Origin: Narcine bancroftii
Taxonomy: Eukaryota
NCBI RefSeq assembly: GCF_036971445.1
Contig: NC_091469.1
Location: 421,538,001-421,602,000 of the forward strand
Reading direction: 5' to 3'
Length of the DNA stretch: 64,000 nt
In this document: positions 25,832 through 39,676 of the stretch, in pieces
Numbering within the stretch: the first letter of the stretch is position 1
Layout: each line of letters begins with the position of its first letter
Notes under the pieces: generated by a model
The model's database searches: none
Seen by the model: the letters and a program-made list of their open reading frames with translations, nothing else
What the model was told of the DNA's origin: nothing
Made by a program: the position numbers and the translations under genes

Positions 25832-26254
25832 GTAAATTGAATTTACTGTGTATATTCCCTTTTACGGATCTTTGTAAAGAGAAGCTAGAAGCAAGTGTGC
25901 TGGAAAAGTGATTGTCAATCTGTCACGGCTGAATAAAAACAATGAATCTTAATCTGTTGCATATTGTTAAAGCTGACCTGGTGGTCTCACCTTTCGTCTT
26001 CATTGCTTTCCTGTGATCTATTATTTTCTATCCAGTCTTCTGGACTTTATCCGAAGTCGATTTTCAACAGCATCTAGTTGATGGCATGCAGTGGTAATAA
26101 TTTGTTTTCCTTTCATGTCCAAAATATTAACGCGGAAATGTAATTTTATCAGTGCATTAAACTTATACCAGAATTTTCAAGCATTATATCGTTGTTTCTT
26201 TTGCATCTTCCCTGACTTACTTACTTGTTTTGTGATCAATTCTTACCGGTTTAG

Positions 26255-26607
26255 GAAAGGTTGGAGAATTTGGTTTTGCCGGTCAGCCCAATACGGTGAG
26301 AACCAATTTCACCACCAAGCAACTGACGGAGCTAGAGAAGGAGTTCCACTTCAACAAGTACTTGACCCGGGCCAGGCGGGTTGAAATCGCTGCTGCCCTC
26401 CAGCTTAACGAAACCCAGGTAAAAATTTGGTTCCAGAATAGACGCATGAAACAAAAAAAACGGGAAAAGGAGGGGCTCAACTCAGCCTCTCCGGCCACAC
26501 CTGGGAGTGAAGCTAACGCAGAAGACACTTCTGACAAATCCAGCTCTACCTCATCGACTCCCTCCCCTTCATCATCTACCTCAGAAACTCTTAATACTTC
26601 AGGCTGA
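26255..26607 (+). CDS. hoxa1: Homeobox protein Hox-A1, coding exon 2 (homeodomain)
   Basis: Acceptor tttAG at 26254. [71 protein letters not shown] (labial class). 325 aa total. Confidence 0.97.
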
Positions 26608-27461
26608 AACATTAAAAAAATACAAACCCAAACGGAAACCACGTGTTTTACCAGTTGTCATTAGTTAAAAAGAAAATGTAATCAAATATGATTTTCTGGG
26701 AAGCAAACCAAAAGAAACATTATGGCTTAGATTTTTAAAAATCCATCTGCCAATCTCTAAACAAACCAGAGATGCACTATTACAAAAGCGTTTACACTAA
26801 AAATACTACTGTACAATATAATTGTCATATTTTAATTTAACGTGCTGCATATATATTGTAAGCTGCGCTGGTTGTATATATTGTCAAAAGTTTTATCTTT
26901 GTACGAATATTTTCTAAAAAATGAAGCTGAGAGTCAGGGTCACGTGGCCCTTATATGAAGTAGAGGTCGAGATTTTACATAAAATGTAATCAATGATTTG
27001 GAGTGGAAGTAATGCATTTCTTGTTCATGCAGAAAGTGGAGCCGAGTAACTTGAAATGCTCTCCCTCGCACAGTGAAAGATATGTACAGGATTTACTGTA
27101 TACTTCATTGCACTGGGCTATGTAATATGTGAAAGTGTTAAGTACAGTATATGTCCCCCTTCCAAATGTAAGTTGGTTATTTCAAGACCAGCAGTAGCAC
27201 ATTGTTAAAATACCTCAGAATTACCACGTTTATTCAGATATTTGTTGGGTTTAATGTCATGAGCTAACTGTTATTGGGAGAATATTTCTTTTTATGTGTG
27301 GATTATGTCTAGAATTTTGCATGATGCAATGCTGTCAGTGTGTACTTCTACATTGCTGAGTTTTATCAGTTCTCTGTGTCTCGATGTTATATACAATCAG
27401 CACGTGACAGTTCTGAGATTTTCGATGTCTGAAATCCAGAACAGAATTTACGGGTCAAAAT

Positions 27462-27467
27462 AATAAA
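27462..27467 (+). terminator. Likely hoxa1 polyadenylation signal
   Basis: AATAAA followed by ATTAAA and a T-rich downstream tract, about 860 nt after the stop codon. Confidence 0.55.
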
Positions 27468-29406
27468 TTATATTAAAATATTGAGCTTCCTTGTTATAAT
27501 ATGTAATGTTTTCCTCTCCTTTCATGAATGTTTTTATTTACACACTTTTAGAACTTATTTTTCTTTCCATCAATATTTTACATTACATGCATCTTATTTA
27601 TTTTAGACTCTTGTTTGATAAGTCACGAAGAAAAAGGGAAATCAAACAAGAGCTTAATGCGAGCCGATTCAAGCAATTCCGAAAGCTTTTCCGAAAGATC
27701 GGCGGCTCTTTGCAGATCAACGTTAAATGCCACACATACCAGATCGAAAGACTGACCTTTTCACCTTGAACAACTTATTTACATATATGTAAACAACGCG
27801 CTGACCAAAAACAACATTGTCATCAACCAGCTTCAGATTATTGCACAAAGATTCCCTTTTGCTGATTTCATATATCCAAACTAGAAGGTTAAGCCAAATA
27901 TAAGGAATGAAAGCACAAAATTATCGAATTAACTTTTTAAACCCAACTATTTTCTTCGTATTGTTTTGACGGAACAAACTGCTGACACCGCGTGACTAGA
28001 ATGTCACTGGCATTTGCTTCAGAATCACCGCGATTAGATGCAGTTTGGTGTCAATAGCAAAAGTCGATGGCGTTTTAGGGCACGTCGGCCACATCAATTG
28101 AGAAATCTGCTGTGGACCTGACTACGTTTGGAAGATTGGAGACGATGCAAAAGAACTTCAAAGAAGTTTATTTGATAGCCAACCATTCCAGTATCATTTT
28201 TACTTCAAAAAAAGTCACAAGTCGAAAACAGCCGACTCTTTTCGTTCTCTTTCTGAGCTAACGGATTGAACGTTTCGTTCAATATAAATGTATGGTTGGA
28301 TTGATATGCTTTAAGATCACCTGGGGTTCAAATACGATAAAGAAACGATGAAGCAATTTCAGAAGAAAGCGAAAAACCTGCTTTCATATAACACCCTCCA
28401 TAATCTTAGAATATCACCACACATTTTACAGCCACTAAAGCGTTTCTGAAATTTGAGCAAGGCAGGATATGCGATTACTTTAAATGATCTGGAAAGGCAA
28501 ATTGGACCTTCTAATTTCTGTATTTTCCACAGTACTGTGAAAGTTCACGTATTAAATGTAGGGATTCCCGTACAAACTTTATAAACCGTTTCCAGACAGT
28601 AAACATGGGTGCAATGCCTGACCATCTGTTGCCGGTGAATAGGTGCAAAATCCTATCCCTAATGAATCCCGTTTGTTTTCTCACGCTACAGATTTTAGGC
28701 TTTGCTGTTATAAGCATTGAGTGTCATGTCAAAGAAAAAGAGTCGAAGGAATGTGTGCACTTTAACGACTTCTTGTTAACATATATCCTGCCCATTTTTC
28801 GAGAATAATCGCCTGTAAATGCATTAAAATATTAAAGTAAACAAAAATTTAAAAGTACAATGAAGCTACAATCTATTGTTAATTTTGTGCAATTTGCTAG
28901 AAAATGTACACGAGATCCCTATCACCCTTACACAGCTTTTAAATTGATATGCAATTTCTATTTGCAAAAATCCAACTTAAGTCTAACCTCTCCGAGAAGT
29001 TTTTTTTTGGTAAGACTGATCAATCCAATATCTAACAATTCGCGTTTTGGGGTCAAGTTTAAGATGAACACCGAGCATATTGCGCCCTTATTTCGCATTC
29101 TTGGGTGATTTTATTTTGTGTATTGCATTGACCTGTTATGAACAGAATGGCTTCCTTAGATGATGACTTGTTTCATATCGTTGATGAGTTAGAGCACCCA
29201 GTGGTAAGGGAGAGAAGGGCCCACTACGTTCACTCTATTGTAACATCCATCCTCATGAATTTACCTTTTTCTAAGTAGAGACTCCGCATGTTCCTCCAGG
29301 GCAATCAGATTAAAACGGATCAATATTTACTCGGCGTGAAAGGTTGACTGAAAACCCCATAGCTAAGAAACTGTTCCACTGTGCCTGTTCAACCTGTTTA
29401 ATGACC

Positions 29407-29423
29407 AGTTCACTGAAAGTTCA
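29407..29423 (+). promoter_or_regulatory. hoxa1 3' DR5 retinoic acid response element
   Basis: AGTTCA-ctgaa-AGTTCA, 2.8 kb past the stop codon, closely matching the mouse Hoxa1 3' RARE GGTTCA-ccgaa-AGTTCA as recalled. Confidence 0.88.
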
Positions 29424-31499
29424 AGACGAATTAATTCAGTGTTGTGTCATTTTCAAATTAGCTCTCTTGGTTGTAGCATGGAGTAAGCCCCACCATCAAA
29501 CTCGAGACAAATCTCTTACACCAGTGACATGCTTGTAAGCAAACTACGCATAATCACAAAAACCCTCTCAGAATCCACGGCAAAATGCACGGTATTAAGC
29601 AAATTGTTATCCTTGTTTGAGGTCAAAGTTCATCCCACCACTGAATAAATGAATATTTAATTATACATTATTGCCCTATTCTAATGACAGGTCACGTTCT
29701 TAGTAATCTTCTCTATAAACATTGACGTCCTAATCGATACAGGGGTTTAGTTTTATGACAGAATGGAGACAGAAATTGCCAGCCACAATTGCTAGTCTAA
29801 CTGGACTTCATTGTCTCTCCAGCTATTGCTTTAATATACCGATTTATTTCGTTAAACGATGACAGGTTACGTTGGAATTCCGAGTATTGGTATTCATAAA
29901 GCTTATAATAGCGACCTATGGAAGAATTTAAAGACAGAATGTTATCAGAATGTGACCACGCAAACTGTAGGAAAAAAATCTTATATCGTAGTTTTGTGAA
30001 TATGCCGTGTCAGATTAATATTTTCAGGAATTTTGCAACATTTGGTTCATTTTTTTCGTATTTGGAATTCGTATAATTATGACGATTCTTAGAATGAACT
30101 GTGAAGTATATATGTTAGGCCCCGCTTAGAACCTCCAACAAAATGGACCGAATGCACCAAACAATCTGAAAATCGAGATGATTAATGTACTCCACCGTCT
30201 GAATGAAATTTAAATAAGCTATATCCAATTATTCAGCGTTTATTAAAGCAACATAAATTCACTGCCCGTTTATAAAATCATACAGAATCATAAATGTTTC
30301 TATAACTGCCGTAAATGACCTCTAACACGGTCAACTACCCTCTCCAATTATCAATCAACATTGGATAAACAGATTAGGCAGGGCAATCTGCAGAATTAAG
30401 AACGATTTAATGCGAAACGCACACATTAGATAATTTAGATAGCACGGAGAAATAATTCATACGGCTTTGAAAAGCGAATTGCTGCATTTGTTTTCGAATT
30501 TATTTTGAGGTGCCTATGACACAATCAATAGCAGAGAGTTTTTTACCTCAACATTAATGTATACACCGAACAATTCGAAATCACACCAACTCGAATAATT
30601 TACGAAATCCGGCATTTTATTTTAACTCACTTTAGGTTCAGAGAAAAAAAATCAACAAGTTCAAATCCAATCTGTTTCAAAAGTGTCTATTTCCTAAATT
30701 CTAATTCGCGTGTGTTCTTGTGATCAGGAGGTTAGTAATATTCTCATGTTCTTCCACGACCTGTTAAAGATATTTTTTTTGTTTGTTTCGTTTGCTGCTC
30801 AGGTCGACATGTATATTTTAATTAGTAAATGGGGTCATCAATGATCTTTGAGTACTCCTTGCATTTTTAAATTTACTTGAATAATAAAGTATGAAATGTT
30901 CAACCTGTACAGTAGTAAATTGCACGATAAGAAGTTGTTTCAAAATAATTAACTGAGTCAATGTACTGGACAATCCTAGTTTTGACCTTTTGATAGTTTT
31001 CCCCATAAGGTTAAGCAAACGTACTTCAGGATGTAAGGACCAATTCATCAATTTAAGAGGCCATGATCACAAATATTTTACATTGGAAAGAATGGGAGAG
31101 TTTAATACAATGTTTTATTTGACACGAGGTCAAATACTAAAATTTAAAACTAACAAAGAAACCGTATGCAGTTTATTACAAGTGAGTTTTGGGTCTACTC
31201 CTCAAAAATCACGTAAATTAAAAACCAAAAGTTTAAATATTTTATCAAACTTCGCAATTGTTTATATACAACAAATTAATTTTTGTACAAACCAGACCAG
31301 ATTCAAATACAATAGAATTTAGTTAATTTTAGCAACGAGGCTTACAAATTCTTCCAATAATATTCGTGGATATTGACAACTGTCTTTATACGTATTTACA
31401 CATAGATCATCGATCGTCTCTCTCTTATGCTGTAACAAAATTTCTGAAGTTAGTAGTATCGATCATTAGTTTAAACATAATATTCAGAGTTAATAGCAG

Positions 31500-31990
31500 G
31501 AAGTGTGAAGAGATTAAATCGATATCGGTCAGGGTGTACAGATCATGCGCTTGGCAATATTTACTGAGCAATGGGAAGAGGTTAGACAAACTTAGGTTGT
31601 GTTCTAGGGAACGTCGGAGGACGAGGAGAGATCGGATACAAGTTTATACAATTATGAGAAAGACAGTTAGAATAAAAATGTCAGATATTGGGGAGCATGT
31701 GTTTCAATGGGGGTGGGGGTGGGGTGGTAGTGGTGGGTTTAAAAGAGATATGGTGTTCTCTTTTTTTTAACACGGAGAACGGGCTGTCAGGGAGGGCGGT
31801 GGAAGCACATAGGAGAGGGACATTTAAGAGGCTTCCATATAGATACGCGAATGTGCAGGAACTAGAGGCATCCATATCGAGTACAAAGAGAAAAGTTTTG
31901 GGTTTAATTTGGGCATCATGTTTTGCGTTGACAGAGTGGGCCGAATATTGTTGCCCGTTCCTTCCCGTTCTATGTTGTATGTACTAATAT
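31500..31990 (+). mobile_element. Decayed CR1 LINE 3' fragment
   Basis: RLDKLRLCSRERRRTRRDRIQVYTIMR resembles the CR1 ORF2 end (LGLFSLERRRLRGDLIEVYKIM); tail tgggccgaat...gttctatgttgtatgt. Confidence 0.75.
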
Positions 31991-32557
31991 TTCACATTGC
32001 CTCACAAAGACTGATAACCCCAGGTATTTACATTTACAATATGAAAAACTTGGAAATAAAGCAATGGTTGTAAAATGAAGAGCACTAATTTGAAAATAAA
32101 ATCGAATTTAAAAGATGTGATCTCATTTTTCGTTCCATTGATGTTGTTTGAAGCAGAGAGGTCGTAGTTCCTTTTGAAGTGAATTCTGAATACAATTCCG
32201 TGACATTGGTCACTTTGGCACATTTTCACCTGAACTTCCATTTTGTACCTATAGTTTCAAACGTCTGATGGGAACCGTGAAACAGTGAAATTTCCATAAA
32301 CAATAGCTAAGTAATCGAATGCATTTTGCAAGTGCGAATATATGAAACCAGAATGAAATGCTTAGGGAATTCGATGTTTAAAATATTTATTTAATGAAAT
32401 AATCATACTTTTCAATAATTTTAGCAAGAATGGCAGTGCCAGCAGGCAGTGGATCAATATCTAGGACAACCATTAAAAAATAATTCTTTAAATGCAGACT
32501 GGAGAAGTTTTTCACATCTTCTGTAGCAAATTACGATGTTCATTGGCGAGAATTAGT

Positions 32558-32635
32558 AAAAACACAAAATGCTGAGTTTCTCGAGCATTTTGTGTTTTTT
32601 TGCTTCAACCTCGGTTTCTACAGATTTTCGTGATT
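32558..32635. repeat. 16-bp perfect inverted repeat, collapsed Penelope terminal-repeat remnant
   Basis: AAAAACACAAAATGCT (32558-32573) and AGCATTTTGTGTTTTT (32584-32599); the flank resembles the reverse complement of 48303-48345. Confidence 0.55.
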
Positions 32636-33447
32636 GACATCAGCGAGTTTTGCTGTTGGAACTGGCGCTCTTCGTTGCCACAGTCGGTGAACGTCCGAAT
32701 GTCACATGATACCTGTGGATTTGCAAGTTGTTATGCACAGTGTGTTTCTTCTAAACAAGTAAATCAAACCTTCATGCAAATTCAATGTTTTGTTTCACAT
32801 TTCGAAAAGTGGACCAGCTTTTACTTGAGAATATTAAGATCTTCGTTGGTTTTATTGATGTAAACTCCACCATTCACCAATAACGTGCCTTTAAGGCCAA
32901 TCTTTATACTATCTTCCAAATGGTTGTAATTCAACATTGAACTCCGTGAAATCGTACGATAATTGATATCTCCAGCAACTCTCCCCAACCCCACACCTCT
33001 ATTTCGAACAGTGCAAATCTGAGTGTTGCTTTGCAGGCTAAATTGGGCAGGACTCCGTTTATATCGGTGCTTATTTATACTGCAGCTTTACTGTCCATGG
33101 CGAGTTGGGTTTTAAAAAAGCATCCTCTGATTGATTGAATACCGAAAATACATGACACGACTCTTCTATTTTGTGAGATGTTTTGATACAACATCCTGAT
33201 CCATTTTCTTCCTATTTTCGCTTCTGCATCAGAACTGGGAGAAAATAAAAACGGCTCTTTGTGGTGCAATGACCTCTTGGAGAAATCGATCATATTTATA
33301 CAGAAGGAACAGTGGGTTTAATAGGCACCGTTTAGATTTGCCAGCTGGTCGTAAACTGAAATGGATGAGTCAGTTGTACTGAAACTTTTTAAATGTTTCA
33401 GATCGTTTGAAAATGATTTTATTTCATTTAATTTTAAAAATTGAAAC

Positions 33448-33632
33448 GGGTGACGTGTCCTTTCGGCCCATGGCGCCCAATTAACCCCCACGTTTTAAAC
33501 GGTGGGAGGAAACCGGGGCACACGGAAGGATCTCACGTTGACACAGGGAGAGCGTACAAATTCCTTGCAGACAGCGCCGGATTCGAACCGCTGTCGCTGG
33601 AACAGCATTGCGTTATCCGCTATGCTAACAGA
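33448..33632 (-). mobile_element. tRNA-derived V-SINE (HE1-like)
   Basis: On the minus strand: A box TAGCATAGCGG, B box GGTTCGAATCC (33579-33589), V-domain-like CCGGTTTCCTCCCAC and CR1-type tail TGGGCCGAAAGGAC. Confidence 0.85.
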
Positions 33633-35124
33633 AGCGGTTTTTTAAAATAAAATGCGTCACATATCAGCTTTAATGTTGGTTAGTACATTGAAAATATTGT
33701 CTTAATAGCTTAGACTAATTTTATGACCATTCTCAAGTAATGTATAAATAACATATTGTGCCTCAAAAGCACTCTTGACTTCTTCTAAAGCAGGTAAGAT
33801 ATGAATATTAGAAATTAGACCCCACAGATTTCCTAAAATGGGCCTTCAAAAGGATAGACAATGAGAAACTGAAGAGACTCAGCCGATGAGATAGTGTCCA
33901 AAGGTCAATTTTAGGGTCGGGACACTGTATTGTCAAATATAAGATTAATTTACATTGAGGCTTGATGGCGAATGGGATACACATAAAGATGCATATTTTA
34001 GATGTTACAACTTCATTTCTGATATTTTTTGGGTGTATTTTTCATCCAGTTGAAGCTGGATGAGGATGCCCCTTCGGAGGCCTTGAAGCAAATTGTATTC
34101 AACATTCATGATGAAACTGGTAACAGTTCATAACATTCATCTGAAGGAATGTAACAGGAGAAACTCCAGAACGTAGCATCCTTATTTTATGAACATAACT
34201 GCTACTGAATTACAAAAAAAAAATTCCCATAAACCGATGAAATTGGAATGATCACTATGGACGGGGGTGGTAGAGCGTGGAAGGGAGCAACGTGGGGTCG
34301 GGCCATCGGAGGATGGAAGTAGTTCCATTCGTTTTCCATTGTTTGATAAACCGTGCATGCTCAGTGCAGACCTCGTTTCGTGACGGGTGTTTATTGCTGT
34401 GTTACACCCAGCATCCTGAGGGTCATCTTGAGAATTTTTTGAAATTAATTTGATGCTGTGCCAAACTTGTATTACTTGTAGTTACAACCCATTCCAGGGG
34501 GTTGTGCATGGTTTGAAGACTCATTCAATCTTTCTGAAGTGTCATCTTCTGTCACTCTCTCAAAGTTGAGCAGTCCAAGATTGTTAAGTCTTTCAAGACA
34601 TTCTTAAGTCTTTTAATGCTTAGGATGTTCATGCACATGGAAGATGGAACATGAATGGCATAAATTAATTTCAAACACATAACATCAAAATTCATACATT
34701 AGATTCCATTACTTTGAAATATTTATGCAAAGGAATAACAAACCACAAACAAAAATGGATACAATTTTTCAAGATTTGAGCATTGTTGGTACAACCAACA
34801 TTTATTGTCCTTCCTGTCAACTGCCTTTGACAGGAAGACAGTGAGCTGTCTTCTTGAACTGGCACAGTCTTTCAGGTAAAGACATTTCCACAAGGGAATG
34901 TGGAAGTGGTGGCATTCCCTTGTCCTTCTTGATGCGAGATGTCATGGATATGCAGAGCATTGTTGCAGCAGCCTATGTGAAAGAATGGCAAATAATTTTG
35001 TTAATGATACACCATGCTGGTGCCATGTTGTCCTCATGGTGGAAGGAATGGATATTTTGGGAGGTGGGTGGGGTGCCTTGTCCTGCATAGCATTTATTTT
35101 CTTGATAGTTGCTGATTAATGACA

Positions 35125-35625
35125 ATAATAATGAGTTTATTTTCGGACTCATTGTATTATATACAATGTGTCTGACAATGCACCAAAATTCTTGGTTGCT
35201 GCAGCGGAACAGGTACTTGAGAAGAAAAACTATAATAGTAAGCTAATTGAATTAAATTAGAAGAGACATAAACATTTATGTTTATAAATATTTATAGTAA
35301 TCTTTGTGCAAAAAAAGTGACTTGCAATAGTCATTTCATGTTGTTGGAGCAATGTATAATTAAGTGTACCATGGCAGCGGGGAAGAAGGTGTCCTTGAGC
35401 CATCAAGACTGATAGCTATTGGAAAGAAACTGTTTTGGAAATTAAAGATGGTGGTTTTGAGGATTCTGAACCTTCTGCCTGAAGGTACCAGTGAGAAGAG
35501 TTTGTGACCAGATATTCCATTGTGTTTTGTGGATGCTGGAAATGTCTTGGAGCAGGATACTCTGCCTCTGACCTCCTTTGTAGCCACACAAAATACGTGA
35601 TTGATCCAGTTGAGTTCTTAATCAG
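35125..35625 (-). mobile_element. Rex1/Babar LINE 3' fragment
   Basis: GHKLFSLVPSGRRFRILKT...NSFFPIAI C-terminal motif. Confidence 0.75.
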
Positions 35626-35629
35626 CAGT

Positions 35630-36608
35630 GACACCAGGATGCTGGTCTTTCTCATCAGAAGACCACAGTCAGTACGAATTGGAAGTAACATTTCCTCTTC
35701 ACTGATTATCAACACAGGCACACCCCAAGAATGCGTGCTTAGCCCACTGCTCTACTCATTATACACCCACGCTTGTGTGGCCAGGCACAATTCCTTGCTA
35801 TTTACAAGTTTGCTGATGACACCACAGTTGTCGGCAGAATCACAAATGGCAATGAGGAAGCGTACAGGAGGGAGATAGATCAGCTCGTTGAATGGTGTAA
35901 CAACAACCTTGCGGTCAATGTTAGCAAAGCCAAGGAGATGATTGTGGACTTCAGGAGGAAGTCAGGGGAACATGTCCCAGTCCTTATTGAAGGCTTATTA
36001 GTGGAGAGGGTCAAGAACTTCAAATTCCTGGCAATCAACATTCCGAGGATCTGTCCTGGAGGCTCCATGTTGAGGCAATCACAAAGAAGGCTCACCAATG
36101 GCTATGCTTTGTAAAGTGTCTGAGGAGATTCAGTATGTCACTCAGTATGACTCTCATAAACTTCTACAGGTGTACCATGGAGAGCATTCTAACTGGTTGC
36201 ATCACTGCCTGGTATGGAGGCACCAACTATCAGGACAAGAATAAACTCCGGAGGGTTGATAACTCGACTCGCAAAATCATAGACACCAGACTTAATGCCA
36301 AAAAGCAGCCTCTATCCTCAAAGACCCCCATCATCCAGGCCATGCCCACTTCACTCTGCTACCATAAGGAAAAAGGTACAGGAGCCTAAAGATGAGCACT
36401 TAACGGCTCAAGGACACCTTCTTCCCCGCTGCCATTAGATTCTTGAATAATCAATGAACCAAAGACATTGCCTTACTTTTCATGCACTATTTTATTTTTA
36501 TAGTAATGTTGTAAGATGGTTGTAATATGAATGTTTACCCTGTGATGTTGCAGCATAACAACGAATTTCATGACTTGCTCATGACAATAAAATTCTGATT
36601 CTGATTCT
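35630..36608 (+). mobile_element. Rex1/Babar LINE, 5'-truncated and frameshifted
   Basis: NTGTPQECVLSPLLYSLYTH, YKFADDTTVVG, KEMIVDFRR, NFYRCTMESILTGCITAWYG; ends AATAAA(ATTCTG)n. Confidence 0.9.
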
Positions 36609-37682
36609 TGTGGATCTGGTGACAGTAAAGCTTTTCACTGTCAATAGTAGTTGGGTAGATGTCCTCTTTATTGCCTGGGACTTTAGGGGCAAGATTGTCA
36701 CCTGCCAATTATCAGCCTTTATCTTACTATTGTCCAGATTTTGCCACATATAGGCATGAGCTGTTTCATTTAGCACTGTCATGAACTAATCTCCACTCTG
36801 ACCTGTAAAGCCTAACACCATTTGGTATATGATAATAGAGGCTTAGAATATCAAATAAAATTCATTTGGGTTTTATGTGACAAGCATAATATTTCAAGGT
36901 GACCCTACAATGAGATGAGTTCAAAAATATGTTTTTTTAAATTTTCAAAATTTAGAGAGGCAGCACAATATCAGGGCCTTCAGGCCTAAGATCCTGTAAT
37001 TTGTCTGCATTTTTTTGATTGTTGTGATATAAAAGGCTTCAAAACAGCACCCCCTTTGTGAGAGTTAGCCCACGTAAGTACAATAAATGAGTTGCTCTGA
37101 GTGGTGTTAATAGTTTTAGTATCATACCAGTTGCAATATCTGGGCCAAGTAGAATGTGGTTAGAGTCTGGAGAGTTTAGAGATTGCTTCCAAATGAATGC
37201 TTTATTGCTGCCAAATGTTCACTTTTTAAAATCTGACTTTTGGAATCGAATGTGACATATTACTTGTTGAAAAACATGATCCAAGCACATTAATTATGTC
37301 TTTTCACAGATTTTTGACTGATCTGCAATGCTTTGGTAGTTTCATTGTTTTTCTTTTTTTTTTGTATGATTTACGATGCAACCTGTGATATTATGTTGTA
37401 CCTGTAACCAATTACCCAGGAAGTCTACGTAATAAACCCTTTACTCTTGGCTAACATCTTAAAGTTTGTTTGGCTATCTCATAGTATTATTTCATAAATA
37501 CAACAGGCACATCTTAAAATGAATTTACAAGCAATTCAATAAGCAAAATGGATCATTTTAAGAACAAATTCAGAGCCAAAGAGAAAAGAAATGTACTTTT
37601 CTGTTATCTATCATTACCTTAGGATATTTCAAAGTGTTCTGAAGCATTAGGAATGATTTTAAAACAAAATCACACTGGTAAA

Positions 37683-38592
37683 GTAGAACCATAGGACATT
37701 ACAGAACAGAAACAGGCCCCTTCGGTCCTTCTAGTCTATGCCAAACCATTTTTTTGCTTTGTCCCACTGACCTGCACCCAGTCCATAGCCATCAATACCT
37801 CTCCCATCCATGTACCTGTTCAAATTTCTTAAATATTATAAATGAGCCTGCATGTACCACATCAGCTGGAAGGTCATCCATTCTTCCACCTCTCTCTATG
37901 TGAAGAAGTACCTCTCAAGTTCCCTATGAACTTTTCCACTTTCTCACCAACCCAAATTGGAAAAAACCATTTACATTTAACTTCATAATTTTAAATGCCT
38001 CTATCAAATCTCCCCTCATTCTTCTACTCTCCAGAGAATAAAGTCCTAACCTGTTTAATCTTTCCCTGTATCTTAGTTCCTGAAGTCTGGGAAACATCCT
38101 CGCAAATCTTCTCTGCACTCTTTCTATCTTATTGACATCTTTCCTGTTGTTATGTGACCAAAAATGTACACAATACTCCAAATGTTGCCTCACCAATGTC
38201 TTATACAACTTTAATATAATATCCCAACTCCTGTACTCAATACATTGATGTATGAAGGCCAATACACCAAAAGTTCATTTTACAACCCTGTCCACCTGTG
38301 ATGCCACTTTCAGAGAATTATGAGGATCTCAGATCCCTCTGTTCTACTACACTTACTCAGTGCCCTTCCATTAACTGTGTATGCCTTTTCTTGGTTTGTC
38401 TTTCTGAAATGCAACACTGCACGCTTCTCTGCATTAAACTGCATCTGCCATTTATTGGTCCATTTTACCAGCTGGTGCAGATCCCTCACTAAGCTTTGAA
38501 AACCTTCATCACTGTCCACAACACTCCAATCTTAGTGTCATCTGCAAACTTGCTGATTCAATTTACCACATTATCATCCAGATCATTGATAA
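37683..38592 (-). mobile_element. CR1 LINE 3' portion
   Basis: LYKTLVRQHLEYCVHFWS...LGLYSLESRRMRGDLIEAFKIM, KFADDTK and WQMQFNAEK; CR1 tail near 37685. Confidence 0.92.
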
Positions 38593-39676
38593 GGGAGCAA
38601 ATGTTTTATTTTCCATTAATGTTGGTTGCATAATAAATATTAAATGAGATACAAGGACAAAAATGTCCTGATGTTTTCCAGAGTCTGTGATAGCATATCT
38701 TATGTCTACCTGGCAGAGCAGATCTTAATTTAATATTGCATACTGTACAACCGAAACAACACTTTGACATTACACAATAATATCAGCTCCACACTGATCT
38801 ATTATCCAAGATGACTGTTTATGGTAATTTGCTGATGGCAACAGAAATATTATGAAATAAGTTTGGGAGAAAGACTAATATTCCTCAATGTATTCACCAA
38901 CAATAAATGGAGTGTGAAGATAGTCTTCCTTAGTTACTTTGGATAACCAAGATGGGACCGTAAGTTGCAATGTCAAAATGTATTACTCTATGCATATGGA
39001 GGAATGTATGAAGACACAATATTATTTTGTTATCTTGAGCATGCTAATATACAGGTCCATCCACGCATGAATCCTTGATCTAATTCTGGAAATAATTTGC
39101 AACAACTGTTTTCTGTGTTCTGACATATTTGGTGCTTGCCGATTCCTTCACCAAGTGAGGATTCTTATGGTGGGAGACATCAGGAGCTAGGTTCTTTTTC
39201 TGTTTGTCCTAGCATGTGTCCTGCCTCTTAACATGCACGACTTATCTCCTGGCATTTATCTTATTGACGAAAATCCACAGGTCTCTTTCAATAACTATAT
39301 GGGAGATTACTCTCAGTCTCCTGCCTTTTTTTCACAGTATCCTTATTGTGTGTTACTGTTGTTTCTTTGCCCTTTTGGAGTGTGCCTTTAAGGGATGATA
39401 CCTTTCTTAGTTTGGTATACCATACATTATCAGAAGCTGTGTTCACCTGAGTGTAGTATTGATAGTAATTGTGCAGATTTTATTGGCTGTTTCTGGAAAT
39501 AACCACCTTATGCTTTTTCATGTGCCCTTTTGACCAATTTATAATCTTTTTGTGGGTGATCTAAATTGGCCTTAGCATTAATAGAAATTATAGTTTAGCA
39601 GACTGAAAATAGGTGAAATACAACTGCTAGACAATTCTGCCATGTATATGTTATGAACAAATAGCATTTTTATTCT

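Larger units (their letters stand above)
34785..36790 (-). mobile_element. Old CR1-group LINE remnant in two pieces (about 34785-35120 and 36610-36790), split by Rex1 insertions
   Basis: Minus-strand RT-like QNLDNSKIKADNWQVTILPLKSQAI at 36579-36782 and a 3' tail resembling GGGCAATAAATGCTGG near 34790. Confidence 0.5.

Noticed and set aside
26283-26642. 119-aa minus-strand ORF (and 25177-25521, 14740-14955, 19543-19743)
   Set aside because: Antisense shadows of Hox coding exons with no independent protein features
33560-33632. tRNA-like A and B boxes
   Set aside because: No cloverleaf; it is the head of a SINE
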